Shown here piece by piece: positions 37,397 through 52,216 of a DNA stretch of 64,000 bases. Each line of letters opens with the position of its first letter. Within the stretch, counting starts at the first letter, position 1. Made by a program: the position numbers and the translations under genes. The notes under the pieces were generated by a model, which did no database searches, was not told the DNA's origin, and saw only the letters and a list, made by a program, of their open reading frames with translations. Source of the DNA: Eledone cirrhosa (taxonomy: Eukaryota); contig OZ024752.1 of NCBI GenBank assembly GCA_964016885.1, positions 31,186,001 to 31,250,000 on the forward strand, written 5' to 3'.

Positions 37397-38494
37397 AAGT
37401 TAAAGAAAATGAGAAATGCGGAAATGTGAGGAAGGAGACCCCTAATTGAAATGACTGGAATAAAAATAACATCTTATGTATTTTTTTAAATATTTTATAT
37501 TTTCCTACAGGGCTCTGAGTTTTACTGTTTTTTTTTACTTATTTAGTTTCTTTTTTGTTTTTTCTTTTGTTTTTTTTACGAAAAAAATGGAAACAATAGC
37601 AACAAAACTAAACACTACCCTCAGTTCAATTCTTCCCCACTACCAACTATCATAAGGGGACCTTTACTGAGCTAACAAGGGGACCTCTAAGCTAAGAAGG
37701 GGGCCTCTACTGAGCTAAGAATGGAGCCTCTACTGAGCTAACAAGGGGACCTCTACTGAGCTAAGAATAAGGCCTCTACTGAGCTAACAAGCTAAAGAGT
37801 CCTACATTCTTAAAAAAGACATGGGGCAGTGTTTCCTTTGATGTTTTTTTTTTTTTTATTTAAAAAAAGATGGGATGGTCATGGTTGGAACTCATTTGGT
37901 CATGTCTGCTCAATCATGGTTGACAGTGTTAGATATCAACAAAACTAACCAACAATATCCTTTATGGAAATATTCTTAATCTCTCCCCCCAACTTTATCA
38001 CAGCCACCTCCACCGCCGTCTCTGCTGCCAAAAGCAACAAAGAAGGGAACTTCAGCCTGCTAGACAAAGCAGCCAAATCCCCCTTAAATCTTACCCTATG
38101 ATCTTTAAAAAAAAGGAAGATACTAGATAATGCAATCACAGATGACTGAAAGATGTGGTGGTCATGACTGGATTAAATGTCTGTTCAAGTCAGGCTAATT
38201 AAGGTGTGATATCTGCCCCCCCCCACACACACACACAAAAAAGGAAAAAAAAAATTATCACAGCCACTGCCACTGACACCATCATCACTATCACCACCAC
38301 CACCACCATCATCATCACCATCACCACCACCACCATCATCACCACCACCACCACAACTATTTCCAGCAAGTACTAAAACATCATTTACCCCCTCCCAGTT
38401 TATTGCCACTAATGCCACCACCACCACCACCACTACATAAATATCACCACCTCCTTCTCCCCAATATATCACTGCTACTACCACCACCATCAGT

Positions 38495-39510
38495 AAGGCA
38501 CTGGGATCAATTTAATTGACTTTCCCGTCCCACCAAAAATGTTGGCCATGTGTCTAAATGAGAAACCTTTATTAAGGTTAGTTAGAGTTCCTTTTCATCC
38601 TTATGGGGTCGATAAAATAAAGTACCAGTCATGCACTGGGGGTTGATTTAATCTACTTTCCCTCTCCCCTCAAAATTGCTGGCATGGCCTTGTGCCTATA
38701 GTAGAAATCATTATTATAGGCGGTGGATTGACAGTATCGGTAGAGCGTCGGACATCATGCTTTGTGGCATAGAGTTACATCCCTTTACGTTCTGAGTTCA
38801 AATCACGCCGAGGTTAGCTTTGCCTTTCATCCTTACGGGGGTCGATAAAATAAAGTACCAGTCACGCACTGGGGTCGATTTAATTGACTTTCCCCTCCCC
38901 TCTCCCAAAATTGTCGGCCTGGTGCCTAAATCAGAAACCATTATTATATCCTTATAAGGGCGGTGGATTGGCAGTATCAGTAGAGGGTCGGACGCCATGC
39001 TTTGCAGCATTGAGTTACGGCCCTTTATGATCTGAGTTGAAATCCCGCCGAGGTTAGCTTTGCCTTTCATCCTTACGGGGTCGATAAAATAAAGTACCAG
39101 TCACGCACTGGGGTCGATTAAATCGACTTCCCCCTCCCCCCAAATTACTGGCCTTGTGCCTATACTAGAAATCATTATTATTGGGGCATCGTTTCATTGA
39201 GTTACGACCCTTTACGTTCTGAGTTCAAATCCCGCCCAGGTTAGCTTTGCCTTTCATCCTTACGGGGGTCGATAAAATAAAGCACCAGTAATGTACTGGG
39301 GTCGATCTAATCGAGGCCCCCCCCCCTCAACTGTGCCGGACAAAATGCCTTGCAGTATTTTACTTAGTTTGATCTCTTTATATTCCGAGTTAAAATCTCT
39401 GATGAATTTTGACTTTGCCTTTCATCCTTCTGGGCTTGAAAACAATAAAAGCACTGGCCAAGTACTGGGTATAGTCAACTATACTCATCTCCCCCCAAAA
39501 AATGTTGTGG
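38495..39510 (+). mobile_element. Head-to-tail tRNA-SINE cluster
   Basis: Five to six copies of the same A/B box and core. Confidence 0.85.
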
Positions 39511-39732
39511 CCAGTGCCATTGTTGTATACCATTATTATTATTATTAACAATAATAATGAGCAATTTATTTGTTGTTTTTTTTTTGTACCTAATTTCATG
39601 TGACAAGTTCTCAAGAGTAGCATTTCCTAAGTTTGGTTTGTTCTCCCCACTAAAGCTAAGTCACTTTCCTTATCCACTTAAATATTCTTGGGGAAAGGCA
39701 TGAATGTTATATTAACTCTTTTTTTTTTTTTG

Positions 39733-40100
39733 CCCTTTAAATTTTGTGGCCTGGAGCCCTTTAATTTTATGGCCTTTAGCCCTTTAATTTTATGGCTTTC
39801 AGGCCTTTAAATTTTGTGGCCTTGAGCCCTTTAATTTTATGGTCTTGAGCCCTTTAATTTTATGGTCTTGAGCCCTTTAATTTTATGGTCTTGAGCCCTT
39901 TAATTTTGTGATCTTTAGCCCTTTAATTCTATGGCCTTGAGCCCTTTAATTTTGTGGCCCTGAGGCCTTTAATTTTGTGGCCCTGAGGCCTTTAATTTTG
40001 TGGTCTTGAGCCCTTTAATTTTATGGTGTTGAGCCCTTTTGATTTTGTGGTTTCGAGGCCTTTAATTTTATGGTTTTGAGCCCTTTAATTTTGTGGCCTT
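39733..40100. repeat. 23-bp minisatellite
   Basis: GAGCCCTTTAATTTTRTGGYCTT, about 16 copies. Confidence 0.9.
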
Positions 40101-41199
40101 GTAAGCGAGAAACATATTTCTTTTTCTTTGTAAAAATATTATTGATGTTATCAATTAATAGTAATTAATAATTATGATTAATTTATTATTATTATGGCCC
40201 TATATATTCTGAGTTCAAAACCCGTTGAGGTTAGCTTTACCTTTCATCCTTATAGGGGTTGTTAAAATAAAGTACCAGTAATGTACTGGGGTCGATTTAA
40301 TTGACTTTTCCCCCCCTTTTCCCTTCAAACTGCTGGCTTTGTGCCAAATCTAGAAAAAATTATCATTTAATATCTTTTGAATGATGATGATGATGATAAT
40401 TCTAATTAATTTTTAAAAAAATTATAATATTAATAATATATTTATCAATAATATATAATTGATATTGATATTATTATTATTAATTTTGATAATTTTATTA
40501 TTATTCAAATATAAAGAAAAGAAAAAAGTAGCAAATAAAAAAAAAAAAAAAGCTGAAAAAAGGGAAAAATATTGGATTTTTTTTTCAATTTTTTCATTTT
40601 TTTTTTTTTTTGTCTTAAGTTCTGTTGGTTCCATAGAATGGCAAAATACAATTTTTTAACACATTTTTTTTTTTTTTACTATGTTTTTATCATGTTTCAA
40701 ATGTTAAAATCATATATTAAAATGACTACAATATGTGAAATTGGAGCAAGCCACTAACCAACTACTATGGACCAATGTTGTATCATATTCCACATTGTGA
40801 ATAAAGTGCATTCTATTTTTCTATACAATTTTCCTTTACATCTCTCTCTTTATTTATTTTGCTATCATGTTTGCTTCGCTTTAATCTTTTTTTTTTTGCT
40901 TGTTGTTGTTTTTGTGTCATGTTTTTCATACTGAGTTGAAAAGATGTAGAATAATTGCTTTAGAAAACTGTTTGCTAGTCAAACAGACTAAGGCATACAC
41001 AGATCAAAGGTAACCCAGACGTTACCATAATCTCATACATACATATATATATATATTTTGTTTCAAACACAATATCTACAGCTAGATTATCTAATGTGTC
41101 CTATTCTTTATATGATTGTAGTGTGATTTATGGAACACTTAGCTGGAATTACTCTCATTATACTCACACACATCTTTCTTGGCTAGTTAGTAGATATAT

Positions 41200-42605
41200 A
41201 TCATCATCATCACCATTTTACGTCCGTTCTTCCATGCTAGCATGGGTTAGACGGGTTGTCCTCTTGTAGGCAGTGTCCAGTTGGCTGACCTTGTCTTGCT
41301 CATACGGGAACTGATTTTGGCTTGATTTCTACAGCTGGATGCCCTCCCTAACACCAACCTCATTTACAGTGAGTTCTGGGTGCTTTTTTTTCCGTGGCGC
41401 CTACACGTCCACTTTACAGTGTGGGTAGGGTGCTTTTTTGCCGTGGCACCTCCACGACCACTTTGCAGTGGAATGATAGGGACCCCAGTCCCTATCATCT
41501 CATTTCTACAGCTGAGTAAACTGGAGCAATCTGAAAGAAAGTGTTTTGCTCAAGGAAACAACACATCACCCAGTCCGAGAATTGAACTCACAACCTTTCG
41601 ATTGCAAGGCCAATGCTGTAACCACTAAGCCATATATTCAAAAACAAAATTAGAATTTAGTTTGTTGTTCTAACATAGTGGATACGTAAATGCATTCACG
41701 AGTTTTATATCGAATAATAATCATATTCGATTCATTTGCAAGCTAGAACAAAAGGATGGTGATGGTCATCTCAAAGGAACAGGGAGTTATGAGGCTGTTT
41801 GCTTGCAAACGAATTCAATATTATTATTATTTGATGATTGTTTCTACTTTTGGCACAAGGCCAGCAATTACCCAGTACATTACTGGTACTTTATTTTATC
41901 GACCCCGTAACGATGAAAGGCAAAGTCAACCTCGGCGGGATTTGAACTCAGACCGTAAAGGCACGTAACTATGCTGGAAAGCATGGCGTCCGACCCTCTA
42001 CCGATACTGCCAATCCACCGCCCTAATATTATTTGATAATGGTGGTTGGTTGGCAGTATCGCTAGAGGGTCGGACGCCATGCTTTGCAGCATAGTTATGG
42101 CCCTTTATGATCTGAGTTCAAATCCCGTCAAGCTTAACTTTGCCTCTTATCCTTATGGGGTTGATTTAATCGACTTTCCCTTCCTCTTCCTCCTCAAATT
42201 GCTGGCCTTGTGCCTATATAAGAAACCATTATTATTTAATGGCAGTATTGGTAGAGGGTCGGACGCCATGCTTTGATGCATAGTTACGGCCCTTGCCATT
42301 CTGAGTTCAAATCCCGCCGAGGTTAACTTTGCCTTTCATCCTTACGGGGTCGATAAAATAAAGTACCAGTAATACACTGGGTAATTGCTGGCCTTGTGCC
42401 TAACGTAGAAACAATTATTTGATAAGGGCAGTGGATTGGCAGTATCGGTAGAGGGTTGGATGCCATGCTTTGCACAGTTACGACCCTTTACGGTCTGAGT
42501 TCAAATCCCACCGAGGTTAACCTTGCCTTTCATAAATAAAATAAAGTACCAGTCATGCACTGGGGTAATTGCTGGCCTTGTGCCTAAAGTAGAAACAATT
42601 ATTAT
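41200..42605. mobile_element. SINE cluster (RTE-tailed SINE on -, tRNA-SINEs in both orientations)
   Basis: Homology to 15030-15371 and 13190-15005. Confidence 0.8.
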
Positions 42606-42876
42606 TTGATATAAAATTCATGAATGTATGTTATATTCCTTAGCTGATATTTCTGTCATTACAAAGCCACATCTTTCTTGGCAAGTTAGTAGATATCATC
42701 ATCATCACTGTTTTGCGTCCATTTTTCCATGCTAGCATGGGTTAGATGAGTTGTCCTGTTGTGAGCAATGGTACATCAGGTGACCATGTCTTGCTCATGT
42801 ATGTTATATTCCTTAGCTGATATTGCTGCCATTATACAGTCACGTCTTTCTTAGCTAGTTAGTAGATATGTATGAT

Positions 42877-43386
42877 ATACTAACAGTGGTACCCGGCGTT
42901 GCACGGGATAAGGTATTTTGGAACGCAGGCCGCCAACAGACCTAATCGTGGAAAAACTGCATACCTGGACAATATGTAAAGAAAATAAACCGAATACTCT
43001 GATGGCTGGATAATCTTTAAGACTTTCCTCGATGAAGCAGGAAAAATGCAGGTTTTCACCTAATGTGGGCCCTAAGCCATAAAAAAGTTGGATTTTCTTT
43101 GCTCACGGTATGAAGAAGAGACTGATTAATACATAGTTACAATTTCAAGGAAATCGGTCTGACATAACATCTCAAAAAACACCTAAAAAGCTGGAAAAAA
43201 CCGCAGTTATTCACCTAATGCTGTAGGGGATGAAAAAGTTGAATTTCTTTATGTGCATAACACACCCTGAAACAAGTAATACACATGTAAAGTTTGAAAA
43301 AAATCGGTTGGGTACTTCTTGAGTTTTAGGGATTCAAACTCCCAGACACACACAGACAGACATCCTCAGTTTTATATATATAGATT
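42877..43386 (+). mobile_element. Non-autonomous Helentron/HINE-like element
   Basis: Starts ACTAACAGTGGTACCCGGCGTTGCACGGG (short palindrome). Ends AAGTTTGAAAAAAATCGG..ACAGACAGACA..TTTTATATATATAGATT, a layout resembling DINE-1/HINE elements. Confidence 0.6.
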
Positions 43387-43807
43387 ATTTAGTGAGCAGT
43401 ATGACAAATACATCAACAATCAACTCATTTTTTTTTTTTTTTTTTTTATCGATAGTCTATTATTTTAATAATTTATTTGGACATCCAGCAATAGAAACCA
43501 AGCTAAAATACTGATCTGAATAAGCTAGATGTGATCACCTCACCTGACTTGTTTCATAACGTGACAACCCAACTAACACATACCACCATGGAATAATGGA
43601 CATTAAACAATGATGATTATATATATATATATATATATATATCATCTTCATCATCATTGTTTTATGTCCATTCTTCCATGCTAGCATGCGTTAAACAAGT
43701 TATCCTGTCTTGCCCATACAGGAACTGATTTTGGCTTGATTTCTACGACTGGATGCCTTTCCTAACACCAACCTCATTTACAGTGAGTGCTGGGTGCTTT
43801 TTTTCCC

Positions 43808-43841
<34 letters not shown>

Positions 43842-44214
43842 ATGTATGTGTCTAATATATATGCATATATATTCTTTGATGTGGAAGGTTTAATACCATA
43901 CTGTGACCAGTGGTTTTTCATCCCGGTAATGTCAGACTAGTTTTGAAGATTCCCATGTTTCACTAGAGAAAGCTAAAAAGGTTGATGACAAGAACATCAC
44001 TCTTGGCCATAAATCACTGCCTCAAAATACCTGTCCAGTCCATGCCAGTATGGTATAGTGGATTTTAACCCGGAGCACATTCAGCCAGAACTAATACCAC
44101 AAGGCATGTTGTCATATGCCCTAAAGACTCTGCCAATTCGCCGACAATGTTAACACGAACAATGACAATATAAACAATTGTAAACCTTAATGTAGATACA
44201 GATGAAAATGACTG

Positions 44215-47200
44215 CAACAGCAATAAAGAAAGCAACAACAAAATACCAACAGCAGCAATAACAGGACATCAACTGCAGCAGCATCAAAATACCAGCAGCA
44301 ATAACAAGACACCAACAAAATACCACAGCAGTAATAAGAAAACATCAGCAGCAGCAGCAATAACAAGACACCAACATCAGCAGCAATAGCAAAATACCAA
44401 CAGCAGCAGCAATAATGGCAACAGTAACAAAATACCAATAGCAGCAACAATAACAACAGTAACAACAAAATACCACCAGCAGCAGCAATAATAACAACAA
44501 AATACCAACAGCAGTAGCAATAACAACAACAAAATACCAACAGCAGCAGCAATAACAACAACAGTAACAACAAAATACCAACAGCAGTAGCAATAACAGC
44601 AACAGTAACAAAATACCAACAGCAGCAGCAATAACAGCAACAGTAACAACAAAATACCAACAGCAGCAGCAATAACAGCAACAGTAACAAAATACCAACA
44701 GCAGCAGCAGCAGCAATAACGGCAACAGTAACAACAAAATACCAACAGCAGCAGCAATAACAGCAACAGTAACAAAATACCAACAGCAGCAGCAATAACA
44801 GTAACAGTAACAAAATACCAACAGCAGCAGCAGCAGCAATAACGGCAACAGTAACAACAAAATACCAACAGCAGCAGCAATAACAGCAACAGTAACAAAA
44901 TACCAACAGCAGCAGCAATAACAGCAACAGTAACAAAATACCAACAGCAGCAGCAGCAGCAATAACGGCAACAGTAACAACAAAATACCAACAGCAGCAG
45001 CAATAACAGCAACAGTAACAAAATACCAACAGCAGCAGCAATAACACCAACAGTAACAAAATACCAACAGCAGCAGCAGCAATATCAGCAACAGTAACAA
45101 AATACCAACAGCAACAGCAATAACAATAACAGTAACAAAATACCACCAGCAGCAGCAGCAGCAGCAATAACAACAACAGTAACAACAAAATACCAACAGC
45201 AGCAGCAATAACAACAACAGTAACAACAAAATACCAACAGCAGCAGCAATAACGGCAACAGTAACAACAAAATACCAACAGCAGCAGCAATAACAACAAC
45301 AGTAACAACAAAATACCAGCAGCAGCAGCAATAACAACAACAGTAACAACAAAATACCAACAGCAGCAGCAATAACAACAACAGTAACAACAAAATACCA
45401 ACAGCAGCAGCAATAACAACAACAGTAACAACAAAATACCAACAGCAGCAGCAATAACAACAACGGTAACAACAAAATACCAACAGCAGCAGCAATAACA
45501 AAATACCAACAGCAGCAGCAATAACAACAACAGTAACAACAAAATACCAACAGCAACAGCAATAACAACAACAGTAACAACAAAATACCAACAGCAACAG
45601 CAATAACAACAACAGTAACAACAAAATACCAACAGCAGCAGCAATAACAACAACAGTAACAACAAAATACCAACAGCAGCAGCAATAACAACAACAGTAA
45701 CAACAAAATACCAACAGCAGCAGCAATAACAACAACAGTAACAACAAAATACCAACAGCAGCAGCAATAACAAAATACCAACAGCAGCAGCAATAACAAC
45801 AACAGTAACAACAAAATACCAACAGCAACAGCAATAACAACAACAGTAACAACAAAATACCAACAGCAACAGCAATAACAACAACAGTAACAACAAAATA
45901 CCAACAGCAGCAGCAATAACAACAACAGTAACAACAAAATACCAACAGCAGCAGCAATAACAACAACAGTAACAACAAAATACCAACAGCAACAGCAATA
46001 ACAACAAAATACCAACAGCAACAGCAATAACAACAACAGTAACAACAAAATACCAACAGCAGCAGCAATAACAACAACAGTAACAACAAAATACCAACAG
46101 CAACAGCAATAACAACAACGGTAACAACAACATACCAACAGCAGCAGCAATAACAAAATACCAACAGCAGCAGCAGCAATAACAACAGCAGTAACAACAA
46201 AATACCAACAGCAGCAGCAATAACAACAACAGTAACAACAAAATACCAACAGCAACAGCAATAACAACAACGGTAACAACAAAATACCAACAGCAGCAGC
46301 AATAACAAAATACCAACAGCAGCAGCAGCAATAACAACAACAGTAACAACAAAATACCAACAGCAGCAGCAATAACAACAACAGTAACAACAAAATACCA
46401 ACAGCAGCAGCAATAACAACAACAGTAACAACAAAATACCAACAGCAGCAGCAATAACAGCAACAGTAACAAAATACCAACAGCAGCAGCAATAACAAAA
46501 TACCAACAGCAGCAGCAGCAATAACAACAACAGTAACAACAAAATACCAACAGCAGCAGCAGCAATAACAGCAACAGTAACAACAAAATATCAATATCAG
46601 CAGCAATAACAACAACAGTAACAACAAAATACCAACAGCAGCAGCAGCAATAACAGCAACAGTAACAACAAAATATCAATATCAGCAGCAATAACAACAG
46701 CAGTAACAACAAAATACCAACAGCAGCAGCAATAACAACAACAGTAACAACAAAATACCAACAGCAGCAGCAATAACAACAACAGTAACAACAAAATACC
46801 AACAGCAACAGCAATAACAACAACAGTAACAACAAAATATCAATAGCAGCAGCAATAACAACAACAGTAACAACAAAATACCAACAGCAGCAGCAATAAC
46901 AGCAACAGTAACAACAAAATACCAACAGCAGCAGCAATAACAACAACAGTAACAACAAAATACCAACAGCAGCAGCAATAACGACAACAGTAACAACAAA
47001 ATACCAACAGCAGCAGCAGCAACAGTAACAACAAAATATCAATAGCAGCAGCAACAGTAACAACAAAATACCAACAGCAGTAGCAATAACAGCAACATAA
47101 CAGAATACTAACAACAACAATAATAGTAACAGCAACAATAGCAACAACGAGACGCCAATAATAACAATAATAACAAAACAACAAAACAACAAAACAGTAA

Positions 47201-47215
47201 CAACAGCAACAGTAG
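44215..47215. repeat. CAG/CAA-rich minisatellite (~41-bp variable unit)
   Basis: AAAATACCAACAGCAGCAGCAATAACAACAACAGTAACAAC and shorter variants. Confidence 0.95.
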
Positions 47216-47809
47216 CTGTAACAAGAAGAGTAATGACACTAGAAGTAACAGCATTACCATTATCAGGAGCTAGTAGGGGGGGGGGGGGGGGGTAATAATT
47301 CCAACGAAGACAGAAAATAGTGGACGAAAACGAAATAGATTCTTTTTTTTATGAGCAGTAATATCTCGTGTATATTTAGACCAATAAAGGATGGTTAATA
47401 AAGGGAAGAATTATGAGCAAGAGTTTGCAGTGGAACGTTGATGTAAACCACAAAGAAATTAGGTAAGGAGCAGGTAAAAAGAACTATAACATCTCCCACA
47501 AAACAAAGAGACTTGGACAAATAACTCTATATAGGGTGTATTTCGAAAACCTCATAAAAGACTTCAGCTTACACATAAAACGTGTGAATTAGTGGAGAAT
47601 CGTTTGGATTAGCTGGTGCTTAATTTAATTCTGAGCAACAGCGAAAAAGAAAATGTGATAACAGAGCATGAGCTTTGGTCTGATAACTTTACACTAATGC
47701 CTCTTTACAGACGGGAAATATAGGTGAAGTATACCGGTAGAGATTCACTCTTGGTTTGTTGTAATCGTCGTCAAATAGGTAAGGGAAAATATGGTGTTAT
47801 TGTTTAACC

Positions 47810-48150
47810 CAGAGGTTCTCAAACTTTTTGAGCCACCGACCCCGTTCATGCCACGTAATATCCTCAGCGTCCCCCAACCCTATTTCCAGAGAGACCTGCC
47901 TACAAGCAAATTGTAAATAATATATAATAAATAAAATCGTTAATTTATATATAATAAATAATATAATATATACTTTGTATAAATAAATATATAATTTTTT
48001 TATTTTACTATATTTATATATAATATATATCAGTTGATATTTAATATACTATATCATCTCTACCGTCCCCACCACCCCGTAGGCCTTAGCGCCCTCTGGA
48101 CCTTCTCAACGTCCCCCGAGGGCCGGTAGCGTCCACTTTGAGAACCTCTA
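47810..48150. mobile_element. hAT-family MITE
   Basis: TIR CAGAGGTTCTCAAA / TTTGAGAACCTCTA. Perfect 8-bp TSD GTTTAACC at 47802-47809 and 48151-48158. Confidence 0.9.
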
Positions 48151-50188
48151 GTTTAACCTAATGTGACCCCTGATTGAACAGATCTAAGACCAGAAGCAGT
48201 CATTTTAAAGCCATGTAAAGGTATGTGTATTTCTTTTTCTTTTTTAAAGATTATCTGGTGAGATTTAAGGGAAATTTGGCTGCTATATCTAGCAAGTTGT
48301 GGGCTCTCGATTAGACTCCTTCATTGGTTTGGGATCCAAAATGAGAGTGACTCCAGAGAAGTGCAGGAAAGTACAGGGCTATATCAAAGACTTGAACTCA
48401 TGAGATTGCTAGTGTAGATAGAAGTCCAGAATGTTTCGTTTGGATGAGGGATATTTAAAGTCAATCTGTGTAAAAACAAACAAAGTTACACAAATAAAAA
48501 GTAACAAGATGCGAATGTGGATTGTTATTGCCGACGAGAAAACAGCTTGTAGGTTGTCAGTGAGGGCTGGAGGTTCAGAAACCACATTGGCAAGAGAAGG
48601 AGAGATCTCTTCAACTCCAAAAAAATAAAGGGGAGGGGCATCAAGCTCTCTTTCCTGCACATCGTTAACCGGGTACACTCCAGGTTCATACTCTGATAGC
48701 ACGTCAGCGGTGAGGTGTGAGAGAAAACCCAGGTACAAATGGGTCGTAGGAAGCAAGTGTAGGAACACTTTAGGAAATGAACATGTCCTTAATAAGCTCA
48801 GAAAAATGGGGACTCTTCACGACAAATCAGCTCTTGTTTCTACTTTTTGCACAAGGCCAGCAAATTACCCCAGTGCATTACTGGTATTTTATTTTATCGA
48901 CCCCGTAAGGATGAAAGGCAAAGTTAACCTCGGCGGGATTTGAACTCAGAACATAAAGGGCCATAACTCTATGCTGATGCTCTACCAATACTGCCACTCC
49001 ATCGTCCTTAGTGAAATATATTCTCATCTAGTCCTGTATTACAAAGGACAGAACATAGTGATATTTATGAATGAATTGGTAAAATAGAAAAACAAATGAA
49101 ATGATGTGTATGTCTGGCAGGAAATCAAAAGACAATCTTGATAAAGACCCAATCAGTTTATACAAAGTCTCTTTCATGTCAATGACAGAGAGAGAGAGAG
49201 AGAGCTCCTTTGTATGATGTAACTTTGACTTGTCAAATGGCATTCACTTATTCGTTTCTCCCTCAATAAAATACATCCCCAGAAGAGCCCTGTGATTATC
49301 TAAAGTCGTTCGGACTTTCTAACATAGCTATCATCTCCTCTCCTGGTGACATGTCAACACCAGTTTAACCTTCACCTTTTTATTAGTAGGAGTCAATTGT
49401 TCCTCTATATCGTTTTCTTACTTCTTTTCTCGCTTTCTCTGGAAGAAACCAGCTGTGTTTAGACCAGGAGTTACGAGTCTATATGAATCAATACAATATC
49501 TGATTCCACTTCAAGTTTTATTCAGATATCAATTGCGTTCAGACCTGGAAAGAGGAGACTGATTCCATCAGGCTTCAAGAAATGCCCAAGAAATGTCTAA
49601 TCACCATGGTACCTCTATCACTCCATACACTCATATAGAAGCAGAGATAGATTTAACAGTGGAGATTTGACATGTGGCCAGTTGGTGGCTACCAACTGGC
49701 CACATGTTGTTACGGTTCATCTCTACACACACAACATGCTTGTAACTGTTTCACAAAGGTGACCACAAGCCAAAGTTCAACGTCCATGATTATTCTATTC
49801 CTGGGGGTCAATGTGTTGTACTAGCAGTCGGTGGACAGGTGTATGGTGAATCATATATGTCTGCCTGTCACTTTATCTGATTTTCGATCATTAAGACCAG
49901 CCACACACTTTCAAATACCCTGTACCTATCGAGAAAGCACACAAGTTAAACATTGATTAAAGCCCCTCCAAATGTTTATTATGAGGGCATATGAACATCT
50001 TTACCGTTGTTTGAAAAATAGAGATATGCCATTTTCCTCCCTCACCTTTCTTAGATAATATATTAGGGTACAGTTTTAGTTAAACTATATATATATACAT
50101 ATTCAGGTATAGCTTTAGCTCAAAAACAAGTCCGCAGTGAAGAATGCCGCGAACAGTTCAACTTTTACAAGTTCGTGAGCAATGCTCT

Positions 50189-50234
<46 letters not shown>

Positions 50235-51369
50235 TCACACACACACACACATATATATATATGTAGCTTTAGTTAAACTATATACAAAATAAACTTTGAT
50301 TTGTCATTTATTGACAAATGTAAGAAAGAGTGATCTACCCCTGAAGTCCAGGTCCTATACCTCGCCTCACCGGAAGTCCGTTTTCTGCTGACCAGTTCAA
50401 TAACAAGTCCGAAATAAAGAATGCCGTTCGACCCTCACAAACTCGTGAGTAATGCTCTACACAGGTATGGTAACGTTGTCTTTCTTGGCAATACATTGTC
50501 TATTTCTTCTCTTATTCGAGCTGGGTCAAGTAGAGTCGCTCTCTTTGATCTACAACGTATGTAAAATATGAAATGTCTTTAACACCGTTTGTTCTCTTTA
50601 TATCATGTTTTCCCTTCAAAATGGTTTCAAACTTATACATTTTTGTATTTTCCAAGTGTCTAACGTTGATACTCTGTTTGTTTTAGTGTATTTGTTTAAA
50701 TTTAATTTCATATTTGAAAATATTTTTTGGGGGTCATGTTTGTTTATGTCATTGGGGTAACTGTTGTCAGCAGTTTAGGTTATTGGGATAACTTATCAGC
50801 AGCTTAGGTTATTGGGATAACTGTTATCAGCAGTTTAGGTTATTGGGGGTAACTGTTATCAACAGCTTAGGTATTGGGGTAACTGCAGTCAACAATGTGG
50901 TAAGTACTTCTTCCTGCTACTTCTGAGACCGTTTAGTACTATGAACAACAACAATACAAATTACTATTTGCAGAAAGAATCTAGACTGTTCTGGATAGGA
51001 GATAGGTTCTGCTAGGTTTTAAAATATCCGAGAAACTGTATGTCAATACAACGCCTCTACGACTCCATCTTTTTTTACGGGACAATGCATGCATCTAGAC
51101 AATTAAAATGTCTAAAAATAAACCTCTCTCTTATTCCAATTAATGGTATGAACCCTCAAACAATTCAAATAACTTTTGTTTGTGAAACTGGAATAAAACA
51201 AAACAAAACATTCCATCAGGTAATCCGGTTAAAAGTTAGCTCCTTGCGGAGGTCTAACATAAAACACTTTCTTGAGGAGGGGTTTCTTCTCTAAAGACCT
51301 CTGCTGTCTGGGGGGGGGGGGGGGGTTCTTATCACTGAGGTCCGTTAGCTTGAACAATCAATTTAAATA

Positions 51370-52216
51370 ATGGTGTTTAATTTAGGCCCAAACCCAATAA
51401 TTTAGTGGGGAGGGGAAAATCAATTATACCAGCCTCAGTATTTTAATTTAACGATCTCGGAAGGATGAAAGGCAAATTTGACCTCGGAGCGGGGTGGCGG
51501 CTTGAACCCAGAATGTAGACGTCCATAACGTCATACTGCAATGCATTTCATGCGATGCTCTACCGATTTTGCCAACTCACCGCCCTCAACCAATTTAAAT
51601 AATAGTTTCTGATTTAGGCACAAGGCCAGCAATTTTTTGGGGGAGGGGAAAAGTCAAGTAAATAGACCCCAGTGCGTTACTGCTATTTTATTTTATCAAT
51701 CTCGTAGAGATGAAAAGCAAAGCTAACCTCGGCAGGATTTGAACTCAGAACATAAACATCTTAACTAAATACCGCAAAGCATGTCAGTAATTTGGGGAGA
51801 GGGGTAAGTCGATTAAATCGACCCCAGTACATTACTGGTACTTTATTTTATCGACCCCGTAAGGATGAAAGGCAAGGTTAACCTCAGCAGGATTTGAACT
51901 CAGACCTTAAAGGACCGTAACTCTATGCAGCAAAGCATGGCGCCCGACCCTCTACCGATACTGCCAATCCACCGCCCCATATAATGATTTCAAGTATAGG
52001 CACAAGGCCAGTAATTTGGGTGGGGGGAGGGAAAAGTCGATTAAATCTACCCCAGTGCATTACTGGTACTTTATTTTATCGACTCCGCAAGAATGAAAGA
52101 CAAAGTTAACCTCGGCGGGATTTGAACTGAGACCGTAAAGGTCCGTAAAGGACCGTAACTCTATGCTGCAAAGCATGGCGTCCGACCCTCTACCGATACC
52201 GCCAATCCACCGCCCA
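51370..52216 (-). mobile_element. Head-to-tail tRNA-SINE cluster
   Basis: Four copies, reverse complement of the 13190-type SINE. Confidence 0.85.

Noticed and set aside
44187-47192. Long Leu/Cys or poly-Gln-like ORFs
   Set aside because: CAG/CAA minisatellite with frame-shifting unit lengths.
48409-48768. 119-aa minus-strand ORF as a gene exon
   Set aside because: No recognisable domain, GTG start, and no convincing splice partners.
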